This document shows, in pieces, positions 17,455 to 26,923 of a DNA stretch of 64,000 bases. Origin of the DNA: Spirochaetales bacterium (lineage in GTDB: Bacteria > Spirochaetota > Spirochaetia > JABEVK01); assembly GCA_037142615.1 (NCBI GenBank), contig JBAXAI010000011.1, positions 32,001 through 96,000 on the forward strand, read 5' to 3'. A program made the position numbers and the translations under genes. Below the pieces are notes generated by a model that saw only the letters and a program-made list of their open reading frames with translations, was not told the DNA's origin and did no database searches. Every line of letters starts with the position of its first letter. Within the stretch, counting starts at the first letter, position 1.

Positions 17455-20400
17455 ATCCCCTCCTGTTGATCGCTCTGCCGCTGGGCTGGGCTTTTCTGTA
17501 TCCGCTGATCGCCAAGACGGGCAAATGGGCCTCGGGTCTGTTGTCGGTGGGTGTGATGGTGGTAATGACGGCCAGTTCGGCGGTTTCGCTGGTGGCGCTG
17601 CTGCTCGGCGCTGCCCCGGTGATGATCCAGACCGGTGGCTTTGCGGCCCCGCTCACCATCAACCTGCTGCTCGACACCGAGTCGGCGTGGCTGGTCACCA
17701 TTCTTGGGCTGGCGGGCGCCGGTACGCTGGCGGGCCAGGTGTTCCGCACGCAGTTCGCCTGGAACACCAAGCAAGTCATCCTCTTCTTTGTGCTGATGCT
17801 GGGCGCCTACGGTCTGGTGCTCACCCGCGACCTGTTCAACGTGTTCGTGTTCCTCGAAATCAGCGGCATCGCCGTGTTTGGCCTTTTGAGCACTTCGCGC
17901 GACGGTCGCGTGTTCGAAGCCGGCTTCAAGTACATGGTAGCCGGGGGGCTGAGCTCCACCTTCTTTCTGCTGGGAGTCACCATCCTGTACCTGGCCGGCG
18001 GTACGCTCAACATTGACGGCATGGCCGCCGAAGCCGCCAAGGGAAGCTTCCAAAGCCCGCTTTCGCTGCTGGGGCTGGCCTCGTTGCTGGTTGCCCTGCT
18101 GATCGAGGCAAAGCCTGTGCTCGCCAACGGTTGGGCCATGGACGCCTACGAAGCGGCCGACCCGGGCATCGCCGCGCTCATGTCGGGCGTCGCCGCCACT
18201 GCCGTCGTGGCCGTGCTTGCCAAGATTCTGCCGCTGTACAACGCCATCGGGCCCACCATCGCGGTGGCCTTGATGGTGCTCGGGCTCATCGGCTTCGTGC
18301 TGGGCAACCTGCAGGCCCTCACCCAAAAAAGCCTTCGCCGCACCTTGGGCTACTCGTCGTCGGCGCAAGTGGGGCTCATCGTCGCGCTGTTCGGACTGTT
18401 GAGCACGCCGCTGGCCAACGTGGTCGGCACGCTTCCCATCATTTTTGTGCTGCTGATGAGCCATGCCCTGGCCAAGAGCGGCTTGTTTTGGCTGGCTGAT
18501 CACGTCGGTGACGCCACCGGGACCAAGGATTCGCCCACCCGCTCGCTGCGAAACCGGCCTGTGCTGCTGGTCCTCGCGGCGATCTTCGTGCTGGCTCTCA
18601 TCGGCCTGCCACCCTTCCCGGCTTTCGGTGCCAAGTGGAGCCTGATGGTCAACCTTGCCAATCAGGGCCTGTGGCTGCCCATGGGCCTCATTTTGGTCGG
18701 CAGCCTGCTCGAGGCCGCCTACCTGCTGCGCTGGTTCACTTCGGTGAGCCGAAAAGACAGCGATCCGGGCACGGTCGACGGCCCCCTCCTGCCCGAAGAT
18801 TGGCAGCCCGACCAGTCGGCCCTCGACGTGGCGCCGGTTTCGGCTAACGCCGTGGCCGCGGAGCGCGAAAGCGACCCACCCAGCCGCGCCAACCTGTTGA
18901 TGGCCTTTGTGCCCGCGTTGGCGCTGGTGGGCGGCGGTTTGTTCCTGCTGGGCCAAATGGGCGTTTCACTGCTGGTGTTGCTGCCGGTGGGAGTGCTCGG
19001 AGCCATCGCCCTGCTCGATGTGGCGCGCTTGCCGGTCAAGGTGCAGGTTCCGGTGGCGATCGCCGGCATCGGCGCCCTGGCGTGGTGGGTGCTGCCCGGC
19101 CTGGACTTGCTGCGCCAGATCTTCGGCCTGATGTTCCTCGCCGGTTCGGCCCTGCAAATGGTGGCCCTGATGAACCGCAGGGGCCGGCAACCGGGTGTCG
19201 TCGCTCTGGTGGCGACGCTGGTCGCCGCCCTGACCGGCCTGCTGGTGGCCACAACCAGCCTCGAGTTCTTCGTGTCATGGGAACTCATGACCCTCGCGTC
19301 GTTCTTTTTGGTTCTGCGAGGCCGCCGTGCCAGCGCGGGAGCCTTGTCGTTCATCCTGTTTTCGCTGGGCGGCGCCTTTCTCATCCTGTTTGGCCTGACC
19401 ATCTTGCCCGGGTTGCCGAGCCTGAGCCAGGCTGGAGCGATGCTGATGCAAACCCGTATGGGTGGTCCCCTCGGTCTTGTGGCCGGGCTCGCGCTGGGGC
19501 TGGGCCTGCTCATCAAGGCAGGCGGTTTGGGGCTTCACGTTTGGCTGCCCTCAACCTACGCCGAGGCTGACGACGACATTTCGCCGCTGCTGAGCTCGGT
19601 GCTCAGCAAGGCCGGCGTGCTCGGCCTCTTCTTGGCGGCCGGCTTTTTCGCCCAACCGCTGCTGGCCAACCTCGGTTACCTGCCGGGCGTGCTCGGTGGG
19701 TCCAAGCTCGAAGCCGCGACGCTGGCCGACATTCTGGGCTGGGTCGGGGTGGCCACGGCGGTGGCGGGAGCGCTTTTGGCGCTGTTCCAAGAAGACATCA
19801 AGTACTCGCTGGCCTATTCCTCGATGAGCCAACTGGGCTACATCGTGCTGAGTTTTGCCATGATGACGCACCTGGGCTGGGTCAGCTCGCTGTACTTGTC
19901 GGTGACGCACCTGTTTATCAAGGGGATGATCTTTTTGGCGGTGGCCGGCATCATCCAGCGCACCGGCACACGCTACATGTACCAGATGGGGGGCCTGATC
20001 AAGCGCATGCCGATCAGCTTTGTGTCGGTGCTCATCGGCATTATTGCCCTGTCGGGTGTGCCTCCCCTGGCGGGCTTCGGCGGCAAATGGCTGATGTACA
20101 CCGCCCTGCTCGAAAAAGGCTGGTACCTGCAAGCGGGCCTCGCGATGTTCTCGTCGGCCGTGGCCTTCCTGTATCTGTTCCGCCTCATCCATTCGATGTT
20201 CCTGGGGCAACTCAAAACCCGGCACCGCGAGGTGAAAGAAGCCTCGTTCTGGACCCTGCTGCCGCAGGTGGCGTTCATGCTGCTCATTGTGGGCTTCTCG
20301 ATGTTCCCCACCTACCTCATCCAACCGCTGCAAGCCGCCGTGGAACCCTGGTTCACCTCGACCGTGCATTGGGAAGGGTACACGGTGATTTCGAGCCTCG

Positions 20401-20765
20401 GGTACTGGAACGGCAACTGGGTGATGTACGCCACCATGGGCGTGTTCCTGATTCCGCTGGCATGGCTGATGCTGGCCAAGGGCCGCACCTACTGGGTGAA
20501 GCAGTTCAACATCGTGTTCGCGGCCGAGCGCCCGTACAAGCCCGAAACCACGCATTACGCGTACAACTTCTACGGCCATTACCAAAAGGCTCTCGGCTTT
20601 TTGGCCAAGCCCTTCGTGCGTAATTTCTGGACGCGCGTCGGTAGTGTTGTCCACACGCTTTCGGACGGTTTGCGGCGCTGGAACACCGGCAACGCCCAAG
20701 GCTACGCCCTTCAGGTTTTCGCTTACCTCATCCTCGTCTACCTCGTCTTGAAGGGAGGGTTCTGA
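17448..20765 (+). CDS. Proton-conducting antiporter-like subunit with two fused MrpD/NuoL-M-N modules (MbxH-H'-like)
   Basis: 1105 aa. DLFNVFVFLE...YSSSAQVG...GLPPF and a second SWELMT...YSSMSQLG...GVPPL module, joined by a hydrophilic linker. Confidence 0.9.
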   Translation: MVNPLLLIALPLGWAFLYPLIAKTGKWASGLLSVGVMVVMTASSAVSLVALLLGAAPVMIQTGGFAAPLTINLLLDTESAWLVTILGLAGAGTLAGQVFRTQFAWNTKQVILFFVLMLGAYGLVLTRDLFNVFVFLEISGIAVFGLLSTSRDGRVFEAGFKYMVAGGLSSTFFLLGVTILYLAGGTLNIDGMAAEAAKGSFQSPLSLLGLASLLVALLIEAKPVLANGWAMDAYEAADPGIAALMSGVAATAVVAVLAKILPLYNAIGPTIAVALMVLGLIGFVLGNLQALTQKSLRRTLGYSSSAQVGLIVALFGLLSTPLANVVGTLPIIFVLLMSHALAKSGLFWLADHVGDATGTKDSPTRSLRNRPVLLVLAAIFVLALIGLPPFPAFGAKWSLMVNLANQGLWLPMGLILVGSLLEAAYLLRWFTSVSRKDSDPGTVDGPLLPEDWQPDQSALDVAPVSANAVAAERESDPPSRANLLMAFVPALALVGGGLFLLGQMGVSLLVLLPVGVLGAIALLDVARLPVKVQVPVAIAGIGALAWWVLPGLDLLRQIFGLMFLAGSALQMVALMNRRGRQPGVVALVATLVAALTGLLVATTSLEFFVSWELMTLASFFLVLRGRRASAGALSFILFSLGGAFLILFGLTILPGLPSLSQAGAMLMQTRMGGPLGLVAGLALGLGLLIKAGGLGLHVWLPSTYAEADDDISPLLSSVLSKAGVLGLFLAAGFFAQPLLANLGYLPGVLGGSKLEAATLADILGWVGVATAVAGALLALFQEDIKYSLAYSSMSQLGYIVLSFAMMTHLGWVSSLYLSVTHLFIKGMIFLAVAGIIQRTGTRYMYQMGGLIKRMPISFVSVLIGIIALSGVPPLAGFGGKWLMYTALLEKGWYLQAGLAMFSSAVAFLYLFRLIHSMFLGQLKTRHREVKEASFWTLLPQVAFMLLIVGFSMFPTYLIQPLQAAVEPWFTSTVHWEGYTVISSLGYWNGNWVMYATMGVFLIPLAWLMLAKGRTYWVKQFNIVFAAERPYKPETTHYAYNFYGHYQKALGFLAKPFVRNFWTRVGSVVHTLSDGLRRWNTGNAQGYALQVFAYLILVYLVLKGGF

Positions 20766-20767
20766 TC

Positions 20768-21697
20768 GTGACTGACATCCTGATCAAAGCCGGCTTTCTG
20801 TTCATTTCGCTCATGGTGATCTTGAACTACTCGCTGGTGCTCATCGGCACGATGGCGCGCATCCGGGCCAAGGTGCAGGGTCGCATCGGCCAGCCCTTTT
20901 ACCAGCCCTACATCGACATCATCAAGTCAAACGCCAAGCGCACCACCATCTCGCACGGCGTGATGTTCTACCTCGGACCGGTGTTCCGGTTGGCGGGCGG
21001 CCTGGGCACCTACATGTTCATTCCGGCCATTTACGGTTCGGTGATCTTCTCGAACCTGGCGTTTTCGGGCGACCTGCTGCTGGTGATGTACTTCATCTTT
21101 TTCGGTCAGCTCGGCATGGCGCTGGGCGCCGGCGAAAGTGGGCACCCCCACTCGCCGCTGGGGGTGGCGCGCGGCTTGGCTCAGATGACAGCCTTCGAAC
21201 TGCCCTTCGCGCTGGCCGTGATTTCGATCGCGGCGCAGTTCCATACGCTGTCGATCACTGAAATCGTGGCGCAGCAGCAGGGGGGCTGGCAGCACTGGGT
21301 GGCGTTCACCAACCCGCTGGCCATGGCGGCCGGCATGCTGGCCTTTTTGGGCATGAGCATGAACAACCCGTTCTCGGTGGTCATCGCGCCGCAAGAGATT
21401 CCCATCGGACCGCCCACCGAGTATCAGGGCAGCTTTTTGGGCATGTTGCAGACCAACCGGGCCATCTTTAACGGTGCCAAGATGGTGCTGTTCATGAACC
21501 TGTTCTGGGGCGGCGCCGCGCACGAAATCCTGCTGGTCGCCATCCTCATCATGGTGCTCAAGACCTTCTTGATTTACCTGTACGTGACCATCGTGGGAGC
21601 CAGTTTTCCGCGCTTCCGCACCGAACAGTCGATCCGCTTCTTCCTCGGGGTTCCCACCCTGCTGGGCTTGGCGGCCGTGATCCTTCAGATGCTGTAA
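20768..21697 (+). CDS. nuoH: NuoH-like membrane anchor (MbxM)
   Basis: KVQGRIGQPFYQPYIDIIK, GPPTEY, PRFRTEQ. Confidence 0.88.
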   Translation: MTDILIKAGFLFISLMVILNYSLVLIGTMARIRAKVQGRIGQPFYQPYIDIIKSNAKRTTISHGVMFYLGPVFRLAGGLGTYMFIPAIYGSVIFSNLAFSGDLLLVMYFIFFGQLGMALGAGESGHPHSPLGVARGLAQMTAFELPFALAVISIAAQFHTLSITEIVAQQQGGWQHWVAFTNPLAMAAGMLAFLGMSMNNPFSVVIAPQEIPIGPPTEYQGSFLGMLQTNRAIFNGAKMVLFMNLFWGGAAHEILLVAILIMVLKTFLIYLYVTIVGASFPRFRTEQSIRFFLGVPTLLGLAAVILQML

Positions 21698-21709
21698 AGG
21701 GAGTACCCG

Positions 21710-22465
21710 ATGAGCGACGAACTGAACAAAACAAGCGAATGGGGCGAGCTCGGCGCTCCGGCCGGAACCCCGGTCCGGAATCCTGATCCGCGCACCATCC
21801 CGGGCTCGCCCGAAGCCGACGAGTACTCGGTCGGTCAGCTGCGCATTCTGACCAAGGAACTGACCCTGGCCAACGAAGGCCTGGCCGACGAGGACAAGTA
21901 CCTGTACTGCGACCAGGCGCCTGACGTGATCAAGCCCTTCCGGGGTTTCTGGGAAGACTTTCTGAACTGGGCGCGCGCCGAGAGCCTGTGGATTCTGGGC
22001 TTTGGCACCGGTTGTGGCGCCATCGAGTTGCGCCCCTTGATGACCAGCCGGTTCGACATGTACCGCTTCGGCATTCAGCCCCGGCCCACCCCGCGCCAAT
22101 CGTCGGTGTTCGTCATCGGCGGCTACGCTTCGGTGAAGACCGTGAAGCGCATCGTGCGCAGCTACGAGCAGATGCAGGGACCCAAGTTCGTGGTCGCGCT
22201 GGGCAGCTGCACCATCAACGGCGGCATGTACTGGGACAGCTACAACACCATCAACCGGATCGACCACTACATTCCCGTCGACATTTACATCGCCGGTTGC
22301 ATGCCGCGCCCCGAAGCGCTTCTGGCCGGCTTCAAGAAACTCAAAGAGATGATCAAGGACGGGCAGTGCGAGGGTGCCAACCGCTACGCCGAGCACTTTG
22401 AGTGGTACAAGGGCAACCAGAAGCGCGTCATCAAAGACTGGAACATGCCGGACTACAACTGGTAA
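21710..22465 (+). CDS. nuoB: NuoB-like Fe-S subunit (MbxJ)
   Basis: GTGCGAIE, PRQS, GSCTINGG, GCMPRPE. Confidence 0.9.
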   Translation: MSDELNKTSEWGELGAPAGTPVRNPDPRTIPGSPEADEYSVGQLRILTKELTLANEGLADEDKYLYCDQAPDVIKPFRGFWEDFLNWARAESLWILGFGTGCGAIELRPLMTSRFDMYRFGIQPRPTPRQSSVFVIGGYASVKTVKRIVRSYEQMQGPKFVVALGSCTINGGMYWDSYNTINRIDHYIPVDIYIAGCMPRPEALLAGFKKLKEMIKDGQCEGANRYAEHFEWYKGNQKRVIKDWNMPDYNW

Positions 22466-22476
22466 GGGGAACACAC

Positions 22477-23028
22477 ATGAACGATATGGAAAGGCTTCTG
22501 GAAGAGCTGGCCAGGCGTTTCGGCGCCACCAACCCCCTTCAGGTCAAGATGAACCAGTACTACGTGTCGGTGCCGTCAGCCCAGGCTGTGGCCGCGCTGA
22601 CCCAGCTCAAGACGCTTGAGGGCTTCGGGCACCTCTCGTTTTTCACCTGCGTCGACTACCTGGAAGAAGACCGCTTCGAGCTGCTGTACCTGCTGCACTC
22701 GTACACCCGGGGGACAGACCTCGGCGTGCGTGTGTCGATTCCGCGAACCTTGCCGGTGCAGATGGAAGGCATTCACCACCTGTGGGCCGCCGGCGAAACC
22801 TACCAGCGCGAACTACGCGAAATGTACGGCATCGAGTTTCCAGGCTCGCCCCGGCTCCACGACGACTTCGCGCTCGAAGGCTGGCAGGAAATGCCCCCCA
22901 TGCGCCGCGACTTCGACACCAAGGAATACAGCCTGCGGACCTTTGAGGCGCGGCCCGGGCGCGCGAAGATCGACAACCGTGAGCATATGAAAAAAGAGCT
23001 TTACCCCAGCGAGGCCGAAACATGGTAA
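22477..23028 (+). CDS. nuoC: NuoC-like subunit (MbxK)
   Basis: QRELREMYGIEFPGSP, PPMRRDF. Confidence 0.9.
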   Translation: MNDMERLLEELARRFGATNPLQVKMNQYYVSVPSAQAVAALTQLKTLEGFGHLSFFTCVDYLEEDRFELLYLLHSYTRGTDLGVRVSIPRTLPVQMEGIHHLWAAGETYQRELREMYGIEFPGSPRLHDDFALEGWQEMPPMRRDFDTKEYSLRTFEARPGRAKIDNREHMKKELYPSEAETW

Positions 23029-24257
23029 ACGCCCCCAAAATTTCGCCCAAGGCGGCCCGTGGGGTCGACCTTCGCCGCCGCAACCAGGCCCACATCAACG
23101 ACAACCCGCTGATGCCGCCCATTGTGAACGGCAAGGCGGTGTTCGAGCTCGAGAGCGGCAAGTACCTCAAAACGTGGCAGGGCCCCCAGCACCCCGGCAT
23201 CACCGGCAACATGAGCCTCGAGCTGGTCATCTGCGGCGACGAGATTGTCGAGTGCAAAACCCACGTTGGCTACCTGCACCGCGGGTTCGAAAAGCTCCTG
23301 GAGCGCCGCAAGTACATCCAGTGCTTTCCGGTGGTGTGCCGCATCGCGGTACCCGAGCCCGATTTCAACGAATACCTGTTTGCCGAAACGCTCGAATCGC
23401 TCTCAGGCATACAGATTCCCGAAAAGGCGCAGTGGATCCGCACCATGCAGCTCGAAATGGCGCGGCTGGCGAGCTTTTTCATGTGGTTGGGCGGCCAGGG
23501 TGGCGCCTTCGGCATGGAGACGCAAGGCCAGTGGACGGTCACCATGCGCGACTACCTGCTCGACCGCTTCGAGGAGTTGACTGGTCACCGCATCTACCAC
23601 ATGTACATGTTGCCTGGCGGCGTCCGCTCCGACCTCCCCGAAGGGTTCTTGGGTCGGCTTCGCGACACCCTCGACACTTGCCAGACCACGCTTGACGACG
23701 TGGAACGCACCATGTTTCACAACGCCGTGTTCAAGATGCGGGCCAAGGGCTTGGGCGTGATCAATCCCGCCATCGTCGAAGAGTTTGGCATCACCGGGCC
23801 CAACGCCCGCGCCGCTGGTTTTGCCCGCGACCTGCGCAAGGACGAGCCCTACGGCGTTTACCCGCAACTCGACTTTGCGGTGATCACCCGCACCGATTCC
23901 GACGCCTACGCCCGCGCCGAAGTGCGGCTTGAGGAGATGTACCAGGGCATCAGCCTCTTGCGGCAGATCTGCGACCGCATGCCCAAGGACGGTCCGTTCT
24001 TCACCCCGCTGCCCAACGTGCTGCATTGGCAGGTGCCCAAGGGCTTCATCTACACCAAGGCCGAATGCACCCGGGGCGAGTACGGGTACTACTTGGAGAG
24101 TGATGGCAGCGACAAGCCGCGACGCCTGTACGTTCGGGGCCCGAGCTACACCCACGCTGTGAGCCTGATGGAACACTTGTCGATTGGCTGCAACATTGCC
24201 GATACCGCGGGGCTCATGGTGAGCCTCCACACCTATCCGCCGGAAGTCGAGAGGTAA
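23022..24257 (+). CDS. nuoD: NuoD-like catalytic subunit (MbxL), no NiFe ligands
   Basis: GPQHP, GYLHRGFEK, RIAVPEPD, RGPS, C-terminal YPPEVER. Confidence 0.9.
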   Translation: MVNAPKISPKAARGVDLRRRNQAHINDNPLMPPIVNGKAVFELESGKYLKTWQGPQHPGITGNMSLELVICGDEIVECKTHVGYLHRGFEKLLERRKYIQCFPVVCRIAVPEPDFNEYLFAETLESLSGIQIPEKAQWIRTMQLEMARLASFFMWLGGQGGAFGMETQGQWTVTMRDYLLDRFEELTGHRIYHMYMLPGGVRSDLPEGFLGRLRDTLDTCQTTLDDVERTMFHNAVFKMRAKGLGVINPAIVEEFGITGPNARAAGFARDLRKDEPYGVYPQLDFAVITRTDSDAYARAEVRLEEMYQGISLLRQICDRMPKDGPFFTPLPNVLHWQVPKGFIYTKAECTRGEYGYYLESDGSDKPRRLYVRGPSYTHAVSLMEHLSIGCNIADTAGLMVSLHTYPPEVER

Positions 24258-24260
24258 GTC

Positions 24261-26048
24261 ATGAGCCTGAGAGATATTGTTCAACCCTTTACGGTGTGGA
24301 AGCGTGCCCTCGACAAGCCCTACACCAGCCTTAAACCCCTGGAAGAACGCCCGGGAGCCCCGCGCTACCGGGGGTTCCACATCAACAACACCGCCAAGTG
24401 CATCGGGTGTGGCACCTGCGAAACCATCTGCCAAAACGAGGCCATCGACCTGGTGGCGGTGCTCGGCCAAAAGACCAAGCACGGCGACTCGGGCCTGCGC
24501 CCGCAGATCGACTACGGCCGCTGTTGCTGGTGCGCGCTGTGCGTCGATATGTGCCCCACCTCGAGCCTCGGCATGTCGAACGAGTACGTCTGGATCGAGA
24601 CCGACCCCGAAAAGTACCGGTTCGTGCCTGGGGTCGACGACAAGTCGTGGAACGACTGTGAGCTGGGCTACCGACGTTCCGAGGGTTACGACCTTTTGAC
24701 GGCCAAACGCGTCGAAATGCCCATGCTGCCCTTCGCCGAAAGCCAAAAGAGCTTCGTCGAGATGGTGCAGGGCTACAGCAAAGAGCAGGCCATGAAAGAG
24801 GCCGACCGCTGCATCGAGTGTGGCCTCTGCATCGCCACCTGCCCCGCCCACATGAATGTGCCAGCCTACATCGCGGCCATCCGCAAGGACGAGGTCGAAG
24901 AGGGCCTGCGCATCGTGTACGAGGCCAACCCCCTGCCCGCCAGCTGTGGCCGCATCTGCTCGCACGCCTGCGAATACGTGTGCGCCATGAAGCACCGGGG
25001 CGAGGCGCTGAGCATCCGCTGGCTCAAGCGCTACATCGTCGACCAGATCTACGCCATGGACTACAAAAAGGTGCTCAAGACCGCCGAACCCGACAACGGC
25101 AAGACGATCGCCATCATCGGTTCGGGCCCCGGGGGCCTGGCGGCGGCCTACTACCTGCGCATGCTCGGTTACGGCGTCACCATCTACGACAGCAAAGACA
25201 AAGCCGGCGGCATGTTGCGCTACGGCATCCCCGAATATCGCTTGCCCTACGACCAGATCGACAAGGACATCAACTGGCTCAAGGAGCTCGGCGTCAGCAT
25301 CAACCAGAGCGTGCGCATCGGCCGCGACATCTCGTTTGAGCAGCTGCACCGCGACAACGACGCGCTGTTCTTCTCAACGGGCTTGGGCAAGCCCTTTGGG
25401 CTCGAAATCCCCGGCGACGACCTGCCGGGCGTCAAGGACGGCCTCAAGGTGCTCGAAGACGTCACCAACGGCGTCGACGCCGACCTGGGCGACTCGGTGG
25501 TGGTGGTCGGCGGCGGCAACGTCGCCATGGACGCCGCGCGGACCAGCCGCCGTTTCAATGCCGCCGTGACCATCCTGTACCGTCGCCGCATCGAAGACAT
25601 GCCGGCCGATGTCGAAGAGGTTCACGAAAGCCAGGGCGAGGGCTGCGTCATCCGCGCTCAAGCCATCCCGCTGCGCGTCGAAAAGGGCACCACCAAGCGC
25701 CTGCGCCTCGTGTGGGGCAAGGCCGACATGGTCACCGACGGCAAGGGTGGCCGCCCCGTCCCGGTGCTGATTCCCGGCAGCGAGGAAGTCATCGAGTGCG
25801 ACACCGTGGTCGCCGCTATCGGCCAGGGCGCCGAGTACGAGTTCATTCCGCAAGACATCGCGGCGAAGCTGCAGTTCAACAAGGGCAACGTCGTCGTCAA
25901 CGAGTTCAAACAGACCGGCGACCCCAAAGTGTTCGCGGGTGGCGATATTGTGAATCCGAAGAAAGATGCCATCTCGGGCATCGCCAACGGCCATTCTGCT
26001 GCCAAAGGCATTGACATCTGGCTGACGAACTTCAAGGATAAGGCATGA
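24261..26048 (+). CDS. NuoI/MbxN-like 2x[4Fe-4S] domain fused to a GltD/NfnB-like FAD/NAD(P)H oxidoreductase
   Basis: APRYRGFH, CIGCGTC and CCWCALC; then CIECGLC..CP, CGRICSHACEYVC, GSGPGG, GGGNVA. Confidence 0.9.
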   Translation: MSLRDIVQPFTVWKRALDKPYTSLKPLEERPGAPRYRGFHINNTAKCIGCGTCETICQNEAIDLVAVLGQKTKHGDSGLRPQIDYGRCCWCALCVDMCPTSSLGMSNEYVWIETDPEKYRFVPGVDDKSWNDCELGYRRSEGYDLLTAKRVEMPMLPFAESQKSFVEMVQGYSKEQAMKEADRCIECGLCIATCPAHMNVPAYIAAIRKDEVEEGLRIVYEANPLPASCGRICSHACEYVCAMKHRGEALSIRWLKRYIVDQIYAMDYKKVLKTAEPDNGKTIAIIGSGPGGLAAAYYLRMLGYGVTIYDSKDKAGGMLRYGIPEYRLPYDQIDKDINWLKELGVSINQSVRIGRDISFEQLHRDNDALFFSTGLGKPFGLEIPGDDLPGVKDGLKVLEDVTNGVDADLGDSVVVVGGGNVAMDAARTSRRFNAAVTILYRRRIEDMPADVEEVHESQGEGCVIRAQAIPLRVEKGTTKRLRLVWGKADMVTDGKGGRPVPVLIPGSEEVIECDTVVAAIGQGAEYEFIPQDIAAKLQFNKGNVVVNEFKQTGDPKVFAGGDIVNPKKDAISGIANGHSAAKGIDIWLTNFKDKA

Positions 26049-26923
26049 AGCACACCCCACACACCATCACGGGCAAGAGGCAATTGTCTGCCGACGTTTA
26101 CCGGATGACCTTTTTGGCGCCGTACATTGTCGAGGCCCGCAAGGCCGGTCAGTTCATCATCATCCAGATCGACAGCAACTTTGGCGAGCGCATCCCGCTC
26201 ACCATTGCCGACGCCGATCCCGTGGCCGGATCGATCACCATCATCTTCCAGGCTGTGGGCAAAACGACCCTCAACCTGGCGGCCAAAAACGTGGGCGATG
26301 TGCTGGGCAATGTGCTAGGGCCTTTGGGCAAACCCACCGAAGTGCACCGCTATGGCACCGCCGACAAACCGGGCACCGTGGTGTGCGTCGGCGGCGGCAT
26401 CGGCGTGGCTCCCATGCACCCCATCGTGCAGGCTCACCACGCCATCGGCAACAAGGTCGTCACCATCATGGGCGCCCGCAACAAGGATCTTTTGATTCTC
26501 GAAGACGAAATGAAGGCCATCAGCAATGAGCTGATCGTGTGCACCGACGACGGCAGCTATGGCCGCAAAGATCTGGTCACGATTCCCCTCATCGAATGGT
26601 GCAAAACCGGCGAAGTCAGCGAAGTGATCGCGATCGGCCCGCCCATCATGATGAAGTTTGCCGCCGAGGCCACGCGCCCCTTTGGCGTCAAAACCATGGT
26701 GAGCCTGAACACCATCATGGTCGACGGCACCGGCATGTGCGGCGGCTGCCGGGTGAACGTCGGCGGCGAAACCAAGTTTGTGTGCGTGGATGGGCCCGAG
26801 TTCGACGGCCACAAGGTCGATTTTGACAACATGATGATGCGGCTCAAGGCATACAAGGGCCAGGAAAGTGAGGCGGCGCACAAATGTCGTGTTGGGGCAA
26901 CTCCGGCCGGAGCCGCGTCGTGA
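26045..26923 (+). CDS. nfnA: NfnA/SudB small subunit of the electron-bifurcating transhydrogenase
   Basis: GERIPLTIAD, GGGIGVAP, MVDGTGMCGGCRV, CVDGPEF. Confidence 0.92.
   Translation: MKHTPHTITGKRQLSADVYRMTFLAPYIVEARKAGQFIIIQIDSNFGERIPLTIADADPVAGSITIIFQAVGKTTLNLAAKNVGDVLGNVLGPLGKPTEVHRYGTADKPGTVVCVGGGIGVAPMHPIVQAHHAIGNKVVTIMGARNKDLLILEDEMKAISNELIVCTDDGSYGRKDLVTIPLIEWCKTGEVSEVIAIGPPIMMKFAAEATRPFGVKTMVSLNTIMVDGTGMCGGCRVNVGGETKFVCVDGPEFDGHKVDFDNMMMRLKAYKGQESEAAHKCRVGATPAGAAS

Noticed and set aside
21710-24257. Group 4 [NiFe] hydrogenase (Mbh/Ech)
   Set aside because: The large subunit has neither the N-terminal RxCGxC nor the C-terminal DPCxxC, and there are no maturation genes.
20768-26048. 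Canonical complex I (nuo) operon
   Set aside because: No nuoA, E, F or G; an Mrp module is present; NuoB lacks the tandem Cys and NuoD lacks RLDY.
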